From: an uncultured Eubacteriales bacterium
GTDB taxonomy: Bacteria; Bacillota; Clostridia; Christensenellales; CAG-138
Length of the DNA stretch: 64,000 bases
Direction: 5' to 3'
NCBI GenBank assembly: GCA_900544965.1
Contig: UQXE01000006.1
Coordinates: 4,740-68,739 of the forward strand
Every line of letters starts with the position of its first letter. The first letter of the stretch is position 1. The position numbers and the translations under genes were made by a program. Under the pieces are notes generated by a model. It searched no databases. It had not been told where the DNA came from and saw only the letters and a list, made by a program, of their open reading frames with translations. Shown here piece by piece: positions 40,141 to 50,727 of this stretch.

Positions 40141-40356
40141 TTACCCTCTATCGTCCTGAATCTCAATTACAGAATCAGGACACGTACGAGCGCAGGATGC
40201 GCATGCGATACATGAATCCATATCTGTCACCTCAGCGGGATGGTACCCCTTTGAGTTGAGCTTAGTCTTTGACAACGCTACAATCTTCTTTGGACATGCC
40301 CTGACGCACAGCCCACATCCCTTGCAACGCTCCGCGTTAATGGTTAAAACGACCAT
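40141..40356 (-). CDS. 4Fe-4S ferredoxin-type delta subunit
   Basis: Start refined to ATG 40356 (GAGAGG upstream); the ORF track extends it to 40407. Two clusters: 'CKGCGLCVRACP' and 'CIACASCARTCP'. Confidence 0.85.
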   Translation of the reverse strand: MVVLTINAERCKGCGLCVRACPKKIVALSKTKLNSKGYHPAEVTDMDSCIACASCARTCPDSVIEIQDDRG

Positions 40357-40496
40357 TGAGCTTACCTCTCTTTCAATTTGCAATACGCCTTTTGTAAAGG
40401 TGCACAAATACTCGAATAAATTATAGCACCGTTACATATCTTGTTCAAATAATATATAGCGTTTTTTACCGATTCATATGCCTTTTTAAATAATTC

Positions 40497-41207
40497 TCAT
40501 ATGCCTTTTTCGGTAAACCTGTCCCAATCCCTATGCATATACCGTGAAAGCGGAAGCAGTTCGCCGATATAATCCTTAGATAGATCCATCTTGGCTGCCA
40601 GATTTGAGAATTCTGTTACTATATTGGGCATTCCCGCAGTATATTTGACCGAAACTCCAGTTTCGACAGAAATTGACCTTACCATATCATATCCTTCCGC
40701 CAGTATATCGGCTGTGGTTGCGTTTGACAGGTTTGCGTTATTTATCAATCCGGTTATTTCCAATCGGCTGCGCATAGCTATTTTTTTCATCATATCCAAA
40801 TTTGCCTGCAGGTCAGCCGAAAACGGCCTCCTGGAGTTTATTACATAAAGCACCTCCAAGTGATCAAGGGAGTCAAAGTTGCTTTTGTATTGTCCCAAAG
40901 CTACCGCGCCAGCCGGATCGCCGCCAACATCAAAGATTACGGTTTCATGATCGTCAATAAAAACCGAGTAAATATCGGGCGGGAGAGATGGAACCTCGAC
41001 GCCGGTCATGGCAAAAACGGGAGAATGCAGGGCTATATTGTGCTCTGATAATAAATGCTTTCTCTCTGTGCTGCGAAAATACGGATTTATTATGTCAAGG
41101 TCCACGAGCGCTGTCTTCCCTGATTTCGACGCGTTTAACGACATATTTATAGCTACTTCGGTCTTTCCAGAACCAAAATTACCTATTAACACATATGTGT
41201 GCTTCAT
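40497..41207 (-). CDS. MinD/ParA-like P-loop ATPase of unknown role
   Basis: Deviant Walker A 'GNFGSGKTE' at the N-terminus, 'LVDLD', 'IFDVGGD'. RBS GGAGG upstream. Confidence 0.6.
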   Translation of the reverse strand: MKHTYVLIGNFGSGKTEVAINMSLNASKSGKTALVDLDIINPYFRSTERKHLLSEHNIALHSPVFAMTGVEVPSLPPDIYSVFIDDHETVIFDVGGDPAGAVALGQYKSNFDSLDHLEVLYVINSRRPFSADLQANLDMMKKIAMRSRLEITGLINNANLSNATTADILAEGYDMVRSISVETGVSVKYTAGMPNIVTEFSNLAAKMDLSKDYIGELLPLSRYMHRDWDRFTEKGI

Positions 41208-41232
41208 TTTTCCTCCAAATAGTTGTTTAACA

Positions 41233-42840
41233 TTAAATTACGGGTCTATATAATTTTATTAAGCGTTCCGCCGCTTTAATTCCGTCCACAGCAGCGCTGA
41301 CTATACCTCCTGCGTATCCCGCACCCTCGCCGACGGGATATAAACCGCCCATGCGCGCAGCCTCCCCATTTTCATTTCTAAGGATTCTCAAGGGCGAACT
41401 GGTCCGCGTCTCGACCGCGGTTAATACAGCGTCGGGCATATCAAACCCCTTCATCATGTGCGAAAATGAACCTATGCCTTCCTTAACGCCGGCGGAAACA
41501 AAATCCGGAAGGCATTTCGATATATCGTTTGTTTTAACGCCCGGCCGATAGGTTGGTTTTACGCCGCTAAAACCGGTTGGCGTGGTTCCCCGCATAAAGT
41601 CAATAAGCCGCTCGGCTGGGGCCGTGAAATCGGAGCCGCCCAGCGCAAAGGCCTGCCTTTCTAAATTCTCCTGAAAGCGTACGCCCTCCATGGCGTCAAA
41701 GCCAAAATCACTTGGGTTAACTGAAACTACAATCGCCGAATTGGCATTAACGCCATCCCTTGCGTAATAGCTCATGCCGTTTGTAACCACCTGCCCCGTC
41801 GAGGACGACGATCCGATTACCACGCCGCCTGGACACATGCAAAAGGTATATACGCCCCGATTATTCGACTTCCCCGCCATTCTATATTCAGCTGATCCAA
41901 GTATTGGGTGTCCTAAAAAGCGCCCGTATTGGGTCTTGTCAACGTAATGCTGCGGGTGTTCTATGCGTACGCCGACCGCGAAAGCTTTTGGAGCAAGCTC
42001 CATATTCATCTTTCTAAGCAAATTATAGGTATCCCGCGCTCCTTGACCAACAGCAAGTATACACGCGGAGCATTGGATTTTTTCAATGCCGCCATTGCGC
42101 TGGACATATACCCCGCAAATCCGCCCGCCGCTTTGGGCTATACCAGTCAGCTTTGTATTAAACCGGACCTCGCCGCCTTGGCTTATTATCTCTGTTCTTA
42201 GCCTTTTAACCACATCCCTTAAAACATCGGTTCCAACATGAGGCTTAGCCTGTATCAGTATTTCGTCCGGTGCTCCGAATTTAACCAAGGTTTCCAATAC
42301 ATCCATTGAACGCGGATCTTTTATGCGCGTAGTCAACTTTCCATCGGAAAACGCTCCTGCGCCGCCCTCTCCAAACATGACATTGCTTTCTTCGGACAAA
42401 AGTGCACTATTAAAAAATTTTTCAACATCTTCTGAGCGTCTATCTATATCCTTCCCCCTTTCTATTACTACGGGCTTATATCCATGCTTTGCTAGGGTGT
42501 AAGCGGCAAACATACCCGCAGGCCCAAATCCTACAATTACTATTGGCGCATAGAGACTTTTAGACCCAATTATTAATTGTTCCTTTTTGATATCATAAGC
42601 CGGCGATACATTTGCCTGCTTCTTTTTTAACACCCATGCTTCATCGCTGTCATTTAAGCTAATCAACAGGGAATACGAAAGCCTTACATCGCTCTTCTTT
42701 CTTGCATCAAGCGCCAATCTTACTACCCTTATATTGTTTATCGTTTCAATGCTTAGTGAAAGCGTTTTAGCCACGGCAGTGTATAATGCCCTTTCATCAG
42801 CATCCAGCGGAAGTTTTAAATCTGTTATAAGCAGCGACAA
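41233..42840 (-). CDS. FAD-dependent oxidoreductase (COG2509-like uncharacterised dehydrogenase)
   Basis: Rossmann 'VIVGFGPAGMFAAYTLA', and a C-terminal 'GEGAGYAGGI.SAA.DG'. Confidence 0.7.
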   Translation of the reverse strand: MSLLITDLKLPLDADERALYTAVAKTLSLSIETINNIRVVRLALDARKKSDVRLSYSLLISLNDSDEAWVLKKKQANVSPAYDIKKEQLIIGSKSLYAPIVIVGFGPAGMFAAYTLAKHGYKPVVIERGKDIDRRSEDVEKFFNSALLSEESNVMFGEGGAGAFSDGKLTTRIKDPRSMDVLETLVKFGAPDEILIQAKPHVGTDVLRDVVKRLRTEIISQGGEVRFNTKLTGIAQSGGRICGVYVQRNGGIEKIQCSACILAVGQGARDTYNLLRKMNMELAPKAFAVGVRIEHPQHYVDKTQYGRFLGHPILGSAEYRMAGKSNNRGVYTFCMCPGGVVIGSSSSTGQVVTNGMSYYARDGVNANSAIVVSVNPSDFGFDAMEGVRFQENLERQAFALGGSDFTAPAERLIDFMRGTTPTGFSGVKPTYRPGVKTNDISKCLPDFVSAGVKEGIGSFSHMMKGFDMPDAVLTAVETRTSSPLRILRNENGEAARMGGLYPVGEGAGYAGGIVSAAVDGIKAAERLIKLYRPVI

Positions 42841-42857
42841 AACTAATACTCCTTGTT

Positions 42858-44258
42858 TTATGAAACTCTTAACGCGATAGTGGCTATGGGCAAAGTAATT
42901 TTAATCTGCATCATTACATCCGTATCTGTCCGATACAGGATAAACACATACTCTCCCTGCTTGATCCTGGTGGACGACAGCTGGCGGAGGTTTGAATCCT
43001 CTGAAATAATTAGCTCTGGAACAAGCTCAACCGTTGTCCTGCTTGTTGCAGACTCAAACTCCGCAACATCTACATACAGATTAATACCCATTTCTTCATT
43101 CTCAATAGCCGCAATTAAGCTTAAAGGCGCTTCTATCAAGGCCTTAACGCCGGCGTTTTCCAGTGTGGCGGCGAACAAGGTATAGTTCAATCTTTCATTC
43201 TTGTTCCTTATATCAACTTCACCGCCCGGTATTTCTGTCAAATCAAGCGTAGCATTTTTTTCATGTATATCAATATTGAATGTTACAACGTTAATCCCAT
43301 CTACAGACGTAACTCCTGTGGGAAGTTTTATTTGAGCAAATTCGCTGAAGCTTTTGGTTCTGCCTGAAACGTCTATGCTTTCCAGATACAGCTCATTTAT
43401 ATTATCCAAAACATCTTGGGGAGCCGCAACAGTAATACTGTTAGGTTCTATTGTAGTATTGGTTATTTCATATGTATCAGGGATCATTGATTCTCCCATA
43501 ATGGCTCCGTCCAGACTTATATCAACCGTTTTTGTTGGAAGTATATCCATCCTTACCGTAACTGAATGTGTAACGGAGCTCTTAAAAATGTCGGAGCTAA
43601 TCACATTTCCCTCATCATCCAACAACTGAAGGTCGAAGGTCTGATTGTAGCTTTCGGTTTGATCTGAAAGCGGTATTACACATATTGCTTTTACAACGTT
43701 TTGAACATCCGTCTTAGGCCCAGAAATTTCAATATCTTCCCTGCCAAGCGCGGGGGTGGAGTGCCAGTAGCCCTCGGGCAATTCGCCCTCGTACACCACA
43801 TCGATAGGGATACGTTTTGTATCAAGCACATCTATCTCTACATTTATATAGGACGGATCTGTTGAAACAACATTTCCAATACTTGATTCAGCTACCACAG
43901 GCAAAGAAACTACTCCTGCCTCCGTTACAGTGCCAAGGTTTACCGTGGCGCTGATGTTTTCGCTTGTAACATCAAAATAATGGGTTATATCTGTGGTAAG
44001 CTTAACGTCAACGCTTCCCAAAATGCTTGAAAGATCGCCCCTTACAACCAGATTTCTGGCGTTAAAGTCTGAAACCCCAGTGGTAACGACGGGGACGTCG
44101 GAGATTATCTTTGTTCTGGAAGGATTGACATTTGTCAATACATACCCCCATAGTATCATTGCAAATATTAGTGAAACCACCTTAATCATTATATTTTTAG
44201 TAAAGAAATTTTTTACTCCACGCAGAATGATGGCGAACACCTTATTTTTTCTTTCCAT
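42858..44258 (-). CDS. cdaR: YbbR-domain regulator of diadenylate cyclase
   Basis: N-terminal TM 'IKVVSLIFAMILWGYV', then repeated YbbR-like beta modules. It overlaps the cdaA stop by 17 nt. Confidence 0.8.
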   Translation of the reverse strand: MERKNKVFAIILRGVKNFFTKNIMIKVVSLIFAMILWGYVLTNVNPSRTKIISDVPVVTTGVSDFNARNLVVRGDLSSILGSVDVKLTTDITHYFDVTSENISATVNLGTVTEAGVVSLPVVAESSIGNVVSTDPSYINVEIDVLDTKRIPIDVVYEGELPEGYWHSTPALGREDIEISGPKTDVQNVVKAICVIPLSDQTESYNQTFDLQLLDDEGNVISSDIFKSSVTHSVTVRMDILPTKTVDISLDGAIMGESMIPDTYEITNTTIEPNSITVAAPQDVLDNINELYLESIDVSGRTKSFSEFAQIKLPTGVTSVDGINVVTFNIDIHEKNATLDLTEIPGGEVDIRNKNERLNYTLFAATLENAGVKALIEAPLSLIAAIENEEMGINLYVDVAEFESATSRTTVELVPELIISEDSNLRQLSSTRIKQGEYVFILYRTDTDVMMQIKITLPIATIALRVS

Positions 44259-45087
44259 TTTTATTCCTCCGTGTCAGCCACGCAAAGGCAGGTTCCTTCT
44301 CGGCAGCAAATATGGATTCAAGCGTATCCCTGAGCGCCTTTGAATCTATGTATCGAATTAGCTTACCGTCGCGCGCGATGGATATAACGCCCGTTTCTTC
44401 TGAAACCACAATAGTAACGCTGTCAGATATAGCGGATACTCCCAAAGCCGCCCTATGGCGCGTTCCAAGTTCCTTTGCGACGGTCGCATCGTCAAAGAGC
44501 GGAAGGAAGCAGCCGGCGGCTTCAATGTATTTATCTCTGATTATTGTGGCTCCATCATGCAAAGGCGTATTTGGCTCAAATATGTTTTCTAAAAGCTGCT
44601 CGGTTATAATACCCGCTATACGGGTTCCCGTGGAGATTATGTCCTCAAGCCCGGTTTTCTGCTCTATAACAACAAGGGCGCCCACTCTGCGTTTTGACAG
44701 TGATAACATAGCCCTATGTATCTCGTTTACTATACTCGTTGATGACTTGATGGATTCACTCCCTCTTTCAAATGTGGTCCCGCGCCCTAAGTGCTCAAGC
44801 GCACGCCTAAGTTCTGGCTGGAATAGTACAACCACCACAACTATGCCTGAAACCAGAACAGAACCAAGCATCCAGTTGACCGTTGACAGCTCAAACAACT
44901 CACATATGACCGTAACTATGAAAAAGATAGCCACACCTTTTAAAACCTGGTAGGCTCTAGTTCCCTTTGTCAATACGATCAGCTTATATATCATCGCCGT
45001 TATGAGAAGTATATCCACAAGATCACGAAACGAAAACTGGGTGAACCCACTGGCAATTGTTTTCATTATAGTTTCAATCGACATCAA
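44242..45087 (-). CDS. cdaA: Membrane-bound diadenylate cyclase
   Basis: Three N-terminal TM helices. DAC domain: 'GALVVIE', 'PLHDGATII', 'GTRHRAALG.S', 'TGVISIA'. Confidence 0.92.
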   Translation of the reverse strand: MMSIETIMKTIASGFTQFSFRDLVDILLITAMIYKLIVLTKGTRAYQVLKGVAIFFIVTVICELFELSTVNWMLGSVLVSGIVVVVVLFQPELRRALEHLGRGTTFERGSESIKSSTSIVNEIHRAMLSLSKRRVGALVVIEQKTGLEDIISTGTRIAGIITEQLLENIFEPNTPLHDGATIIRDKYIEAAGCFLPLFDDATVAKELGTRHRAALGVSAISDSVTIVVSEETGVISIARDGKLIRYIDSKALRDTLESIFAAEKEPAFAWLTRRNKNGKKK

Positions 45088-45217
45088 AGCCCTCCCTTCT
45101 CATTAGGATTGAATTACATTATACAACGAACCGCTTTTAAATAAAAGCATTCCATTTGTATGTTATCACATACAAGAATAAAAGTATATAAATCAAGATT
45201 GGTTCTAATAGTAATTA

Positions 45218-45246
45218 TTGTTTGAAAGACTTGTATCTGCTATAAT
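45218..45246 (+). promoter_or_regulatory. Candidate promoter of the DUF3006 gene
   Basis: TTGTTT (45218-45223), a 17-nt spacer, TATAAT (45241-45246). Confidence 0.4.
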
Positions 45247-45269
45247 CATCCCAGGGGGTGATTAAGCTA

Positions 45270-45494
45270 ATGCTTACAATAGACAGGTTTGAAAACGGAT
45301 TCGCTATTTGCGAACGAGGTATAGACGATTATATTATGATAAATCAGAACGAGCTGCCCGCCGACGCCTGCGAAGGTGATTTTGTTTATATTGATGTTGA
45401 TGGTAAATACAGGCTTGATAAAGAACAGGCCGCCGAACGCAGGGACAAGTTGGCGCGTCGCGTCAGGGGCCTGTTTTCTGCCAAAAAGCAATAA
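45270..45494 (+). CDS. DUF3006-like small protein
   Basis: 'IDRFENGFAICE....' plus 'EGD.V.ID.DG.Y..D' and a basic tail, which matches DUF3006 from memory. ATG 45270; the ORF track GTG is at 45258. Confidence 0.6.
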   Translation: MLTIDRFENGFAICERGIDDYIMINQNELPADACEGDFVYIDVDGKYRLDKEQAAERRDKLARRVRGLFSAKKQ

Positions 45495-45505
45495 ATAGTA
45501 TAGAT

Positions 45506-46183
45506 CTAAACTCCCCTGAGTTTTAGTACCGTTGCAGCGGGATCGGCAGACGAAAACACGCTGTTGCCCGCAACAAGTATGTTAGCCCCCGCCTCAATGC
45601 AAAGCCTGGCCGTTTCCGGATTTACTCCCCCGTCCACCTCTACATCAGTAAAGAGTTTTTTTTCATCAATAAGCGATTTAAGCCTCTTTATCTTATCCAG
45701 TACCGAAATTATGAATTTCTGGCCTGCCGCGCCTGGATTTACGCTCATAAGCAGTACCATGTCGCAATCTTCAAGGACGTACTCAATATAATTTAAAGGA
45801 GTGGCGGGATTTAAAGCTACGCCGCATTTCATACCGGATTGTTTAATCAGCTGAATGGTTCTGTGAAGATGCCTGTCGGCCTCGGCATGCACCGTCAATA
45901 TATGGGCGCCCGCTTTATAAAACGGGTCCACCCATTTTGAGGGATTATCCACCATAAGATGTACGTCTATCGGAAGGGAAGTGTGCGACCGTATGCTTTG
46001 GCACATTGCGGGACCAAAGGTTATATTATTTACAAAGTGGCCATCCATTACATCAAAATGTATATAGTCGGCCCCCCATGATTCAACATCCTCAACGGCC
46101 TTGCCCAAACAGGCGAAATCCGCTGAAAGTATTGAAGGGGCTACCTTAATTCTGCGCTGCGTCATAATTATATTGTCAGTCAT
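45506..46183 (-). CDS. rpe: Ribulose-phosphate 3-epimerase
   Basis: 'APSILSADF', '[11 protein letters not shown]', 'HLMV', 'VDGG'. Confidence 0.93.
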   Translation of the reverse strand: MTDNIIMTQRRIKVAPSILSADFACLGKAVEDVESWGADYIHFDVMDGHFVNNITFGPAMCQSIRSHTSLPIDVHLMVDNPSKWVDPFYKAGAHILTVHAEADRHLHRTIQLIKQSGMKCGVALNPATPLNYIEYVLEDCDMVLLMSVNPGAAGQKFIISVLDKIKRLKSLIDEKKLFTDVEVDGGVNPETARLCIEAGANILVAGNSVFSSADPAATVLKLRGV

Positions 46184-47048
46184 ATTTATGTTTTCTCCGT
46201 TCGATCAGTTCGCTGATTATTGTTTTATACCTGCTATATCGTTCTTCTGAAACCTCATTTCTGGCCAATGCCTCTTTAACAGCGCAATCCGGCTCTGTCA
46301 AATGCAGGCATCCCGAAAACCTGCAATTAGCTGCAAAATCTCTCATTTCAGGATAATACAGTGAAAGCGCCTGCTCGTCTATCTCTTCAATTTCTAAAAG
46401 GCTAAAGCCCGGGGTATCCATCACTGCCGTATCATGGGATATAGGAATAAGCTGCGCATGCCTTGTAGTGTGTTTCCCCCTATCCGTCTTTTTGGATAGT
46501 CCGCCAACCTCAAGGTCAATACCAGGCATCAGAGCATTTAAAAGCGAACTCTTCCCTACCGCCGACTGACCCGCAAAGCAAACGGTGCTTCCTTGTATGT
46601 GTCTCATAAGCCCATCAAGACCTGTATTATCCAAAGCCGAAGTATGACACAGCGTATAGCCTGTATTCATATACTGGGAAAGAAAATCCTCGCCTTTATT
46701 CAACTCGTCATATTTGTTTTGAACCAATATGGGAACAATTTTCTTCAGTTCGCAGTATATTAAGAGCTTGTCCACCATAAGCAGGTCCGGCTTGGGAGCC
46801 GAGGCTGATATGACTATTATCAATTTATCCAGGTTAGCGACCATGGGCCTTTTCAGCAAATTCTTTCTGGGAAGGATGGCCTTCATGTATCCTGTGTCCC
46901 CATCCTGATCAAATTCAACTCTATCTCCCGGCACAGGGCTGATATCGTTGATTCTAAACCGTCCGCGCGCCCTGCATGTGTACTGGGAGCCGTTTTCCGC
47001 CAGTACAGTATAAAAACCTCCTACTCCTTTCAATACAATTCCTTGCAT
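46176..47048 (-). CDS. rsgA: Ribosome small-subunit-dependent GTPase A
   Basis: OB N-terminus, 'NK.D', '[14 protein letters not shown]', and a C-terminal zinc knuckle 'C.F..C.H..E..C'. Confidence 0.92.
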   Translation of the reverse strand: MQGIVLKGVGGFYTVLAENGSQYTCRARGRFRINDISPVPGDRVEFDQDGDTGYMKAILPRKNLLKRPMVANLDKLIIVISASAPKPDLLMVDKLLIYCELKKIVPILVQNKYDELNKGEDFLSQYMNTGYTLCHTSALDNTGLDGLMRHIQGSTVCFAGQSAVGKSSLLNALMPGIDLEVGGLSKKTDRGKHTTRHAQLIPISHDTAVMDTPGFSLLEIEEIDEQALSLYYPEMRDFAANCRFSGCLHLTEPDCAVKEALARNEVSEERYSRYKTIISELIERRKHKYD

Positions 47049-47050
47049 TT

Positions 47051-48898
47051 TTAGCTCCTAAAGGAAAATTTTGCAACATATTTCCTGGCTTCAATTCCGT
47101 CAATATATGCTATGCATGTATAATCCCCCGCCTCCGGCAGTCTTCCCACAAAGGAGATGGGAACTTGGTTTCCAGTCGAAAGCTTGCCTTCATATAATAC
47201 CTGCTCAACACCCTCTTCCAGCACTGCCGTAACCATAACCGAGGTGTCGCTGCTGACAATATCCAGGTTAAAGGCTATATCCGACGCAAAGATACCGCTG
47301 CTCTTGCGCACAACGCTAAGCTCTATAGTTGTTGAAGATAAAACCGGCAAATCGGAATTAGGCGATTGAGATAATACGATATTATTCTCTTCAGCGTCAT
47401 TTTGAATTACAGTGCGTACTAAGATTCTTTTAAAGCCCTTCTCCTGGAGCTTTTCAATAGCGTTTGGCAGATCGTCTCCCACAACGTCCAGAACCGTTGT
47501 GTTAGTTGAGGGGCGCCCGCTTATAAATATGTCTACCGTATCCCCTTTCATAAGCTCGGTACCGTACACCGGATCCTGTTTAAATATAACTCCCTCTGGC
47601 ATCTCGCTAACGCCATAATTTATTTCTCCGATATTTAGGCTTTCAGCGTCAAGTTTGCTTAATGCCTCCATCTGTGTTAGTCCGGATAGGTCAGGGACTA
47701 CTACTACATCCCTGCCACTGCTCACAGTGACGTTAATCTTTGTTCCGGCGCTTGATGAAGCTCCAGCCGCGGGCGACTGGGACATGATTATGCCCTCGGC
47801 ATATTCTCCGCTTACGACCCAGTCAAGCACGACCAGTGAAAAGCCGCGCTGTTCCGCCAGCTCCTTTGCTTCATCAATGGTTTTGTTTGTTAACTGTGGT
47901 ATAAGCTCATTATATGTTACATTTGGGTTAGCTATTGATCTTCCAGCAAAGAACATAGCAACGACTAAGCCTATAAAAGCTATCGAAAAAACGGGTATTA
48001 TCCATAACGCGTTCCGCCTCGCCCCCCTCGCTCTTTCGGCCTTCTGCCTGGCGAATCTGCCGTTCGGTTCCCTCAATGAGCGTACCAAATCCTTTCTCAT
48101 AACCAGTGCATCTCCATATCTGGAGTCAAGCTGCTTTGAAGTTGCCTTCATGGCGACATCACTTAAGGCGCGCGGCATATTCGGATTGATATCTATGGGA
48201 GGGGTAATTTCCTCATGCAGATGCTTTAAAGCTATGGACACAGTGTTTTCGCCGTCAAATGGAAGGCGACCTGTAAGCATTTCATACATCATGATTCCAG
48301 CTGAGTAAATGTCGCTGGAAGGCCCCACGTCATCGCCTCTGGCCTGTTCGGGCGATATATAGTGTACCGAACCCAATACATTGGAACCGGCAAATGTCTT
48401 TGTGGAAGCGTTTACCTCACGGGCGATTCCAAAGTCGGTCAATTTAACCTTTCCATTTACAGTAACGATTACATTCTGGGGCTTTACATCCCTGTGTATT
48501 ATTCCCCTTCCATGCGCGTGTGACAAAGCGTCAAGCACCTGACACATAAGGTTAACCGTCACTCTGGGGGAAAGCGGCCCGCTGTCCTCCATGATCTCCT
48601 TCAGTGTTTTTCCAACGACATATTCCAAAACAATATAGTATATTTCATCTTCGTTCCCAACATCATAGGAGCGTACGATGTTTTCATGCGACAGCGATAA
48701 GACAGTACGGGCCTCGCGCTCAAAGCGCCTGACAAAGTCAGGATTGCTCTTATGTTCATCTTTGAGCACCTTTATGGCTACAACCTTATTGTTGGATAAA
48801 ATATGCGCCTTATAAACAGTTGCCATACCGCCGCTGCCAACCACGCTGTCTATATAGTATTTGTTTGCCAGTATTTTTCCAATCATATCATTGATCAT
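47051..48898 (-). CDS. prkC: Ser/Thr protein kinase with extracellular PASTA repeats
   Basis: 'GSGGMATVYKA', 'HRDVKPQN', 'DFGIA', a TM helix, then about three PASTA-like modules. ATG 48886 is an alternative start. Confidence 0.9.
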   Translation of the reverse strand: MINDMIGKILANKYYIDSVVGSGGMATVYKAHILSNNKVVAIKVLKDEHKSNPDFVRRFEREARTVLSLSHENIVRSYDVGNEDEIYYIVLEYVVGKTLKEIMEDSGPLSPRVTVNLMCQVLDALSHAHGRGIIHRDVKPQNVIVTVNGKVKLTDFGIAREVNASTKTFAGSNVLGSVHYISPEQARGDDVGPSSDIYSAGIMMYEMLTGRLPFDGENTVSIALKHLHEEITPPIDINPNMPRALSDVAMKATSKQLDSRYGDALVMRKDLVRSLREPNGRFARQKAERARGARRNALWIIPVFSIAFIGLVVAMFFAGRSIANPNVTYNELIPQLTNKTIDEAKELAEQRGFSLVVLDWVVSGEYAEGIIMSQSPAAGASSSAGTKINVTVSSGRDVVVVPDLSGLTQMEALSKLDAESLNIGEINYGVSEMPEGVIFKQDPVYGTELMKGDTVDIFISGRPSTNTTVLDVVGDDLPNAIEKLQEKGFKRILVRTVIQNDAEENNIVLSQSPNSDLPVLSSTTIELSVVRKSSGIFASDIAFNLDIVSSDTSVMVTAVLEEGVEQVLYEGKLSTGNQVPISFVGRLPEAGDYTCIAYIDGIEARKYVAKFSFRS

Positions 48899-49619
48899 CC
48901 TCCGAATTCCTGGCTAACACTACCGTTATATTGTCCGACGAGCCATTCTCAAGCGCGGCTTTGACTAACATGCCGCCCATTTCGGCCAGATCAATTTCTA
49001 AGCCCATTATATCTGCCATCCGCTCATCGGATACATAGCCGTGCAGGCCGTCTGAGCACAGCAGCAATGTGTCTCCTCTATTCCATATGCAGCTAAAAAC
49101 ATCAACACGCGCATTTTCATCAGTACCTAAAGCGCGGGTTATCATGTTGCGATAGGGATGAGTTCTCGCCTGTTCCATAGTTATCGCCCCAATCTCGACG
49201 AGTTCGGCGACAAGGGAATGATCATGGCTCACCAATACCAACTTATCGCCATCGTAATGGTATATGCGGCTGTCGCCAACATTCGCGGCAATAAACCTGT
49301 CAGGATACAATAACGCCGCTACTATGGTAGTGCCCATACCATTATATTCAGACGAGTTGCTTGCTAGAGTATGTACAGCTCTATTGGCCGCTTTTACAGC
49401 TTCATTTATCAATCTTTCATCGCTGGTTGCTAATGGCGCCCCTTCAATATACTCTACAATGCTATGAACCGCAAGTTCACTAGCAACGCATCCAGCCCTA
49501 TGCCCGCCCATACCGTCGGCGACAGCCACAACAGGCGCTCCACAGACGCCTATTGGGATATACGCGCTGTCCTCATTTCGGTTTCTCAATCCTATTTCCG
49601 TCAAAACTGCATACTGCAT
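48888..49619 (-). CDS. stp: PP2C-family Ser/Thr phosphatase
   Basis: Start refined to ATG 49619; the ORF track extends it to 49634. 'NEDS', 'VADGMGGH', 'GTT', 'LCSDGL', 'DN.T'. Confidence 0.9.
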   Translation of the reverse strand: MQYAVLTEIGLRNRNEDSAYIPIGVCGAPVVAVADGMGGHRAGCVASELAVHSIVEYIEGAPLATSDERLINEAVKAANRAVHTLASNSSEYNGMGTTIVAALLYPDRFIAANVGDSRIYHYDGDKLVLVSHDHSLVAELVEIGAITMEQARTHPYRNMITRALGTDENARVDVFSCIWNRGDTLLLCSDGLHGYVSDERMADIMGLEIDLAEMGGMLVKAALENGSSDNITVVLARNSEDDQ

Positions 49620-49652
49620 TTTATACCCCCACAAACCGCTGCAATAACCCGT

Positions 49653-50708
49653 CTATTCCGATTCACGGTTTATTTCGTCTAAAACCCTTCTTCTGAGCTG
49701 GCCGCAGGCGCCCTCTATATCAGCACCCATTTCGCGTCTGACCGTTGCGGATATATGCCGGCTGGCAAGCATGCCGGCAAACTCGTTTGCCGATTCCCTT
49801 GATACACCCATAAGCCCGCGCTCCTTAACAAAGTTTAAAGGTATAAGGTTAACATGACAGCTTATCCTGCGAAGCCTGCGCGACAGCTCCTCTGCATGTA
49901 CTATACCGTTATTTACTCCTTTTATCAAGGCATATTCAAATATTATGCGTCTTCCCGTATTATTCGCGTAATCTCTGGCTGCATTTAACAGCGAATCCAT
50001 TTTATAGCGCTTTGCCACAGGCATTAATCCGCATCTTATTTCATCGTTAGGAGCATGCAGCGATATGCTCAGTGTAATGTGCGGCGCCTCGTCCATAAGA
50101 CGGTATATTTTTTCCACAAGCCCGCATGTTGAAAGCGAGATGTTCCTGGGCGAAATATTTATGCCCTCTTTGCACGTTATGAGTTCAATAAACCTCACTA
50201 CGTTATCGTAGTTATCCAGAGGTTCCCCGCTTCCCATAAATACTATATTGGTTACGCGCCTTGACCTGTTTAAATCTTTGGGCTCATCATGCTCCACGCA
50301 GTTGAGCATTGAAAGCATTTCCCCTGAGGTGATATTTCTTATCATTCCGTCCAAAGCGGACGCGCAGAACGAACAATTCATCCTACACCCAACCTGAGTG
50401 GATAGGCACAGCGTATCGCCATGATTATAATGCATGAGCACGCCTTCCACCATATTCCCATCACCCAATTCAAACAGGTACTTTACCGTTGAATCCCTGT
50501 TGGAAACCCATTTTTCATATATTGATGCCGTACCGTACGGATATTTTTCAAGTTCGGATCGTAATCCCTTGGGCAGGTTTGTCATTTCAGAAGGCTTGCA
50601 TCCCGAATTAAGCCATTTAAAGAGCTGTTTCGCCCTGTATCTGGGCTGCTGATATTCGTCCATCAATTTTGATAAATCATCAATCATCATGGAATTAAGT
50701 TCGCGCAT
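49653..50708 (-). CDS. rlmN: 23S rRNA/tRNA adenine-C2 methyltransferase (radical SAM)
   Basis: 'QPRYRAKQLFKW', 'CLSTQVGCRMNCSFCAS', 'ISLHAP'. Confidence 0.93.
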   Translation of the reverse strand: MRELNSMMIDDLSKLMDEYQQPRYRAKQLFKWLNSGCKPSEMTNLPKGLRSELEKYPYGTASIYEKWVSNRDSTVKYLFELGDGNMVEGVLMHYNHGDTLCLSTQVGCRMNCSFCASALDGMIRNITSGEMLSMLNCVEHDEPKDLNRSRRVTNIVFMGSGEPLDNYDNVVRFIELITCKEGINISPRNISLSTCGLVEKIYRLMDEAPHITLSISLHAPNDEIRCGLMPVAKRYKMDSLLNAARDYANNTGRRIIFEYALIKGVNNGIVHAEELSRRLRRISCHVNLIPLNFVKERGLMGVSRESANEFAGMLASRHISATVRREMGADIEGACGQLRRRVLDEINRESE

Positions 50709-50727
50709 CTCTGGTCACTCCTTTTAG

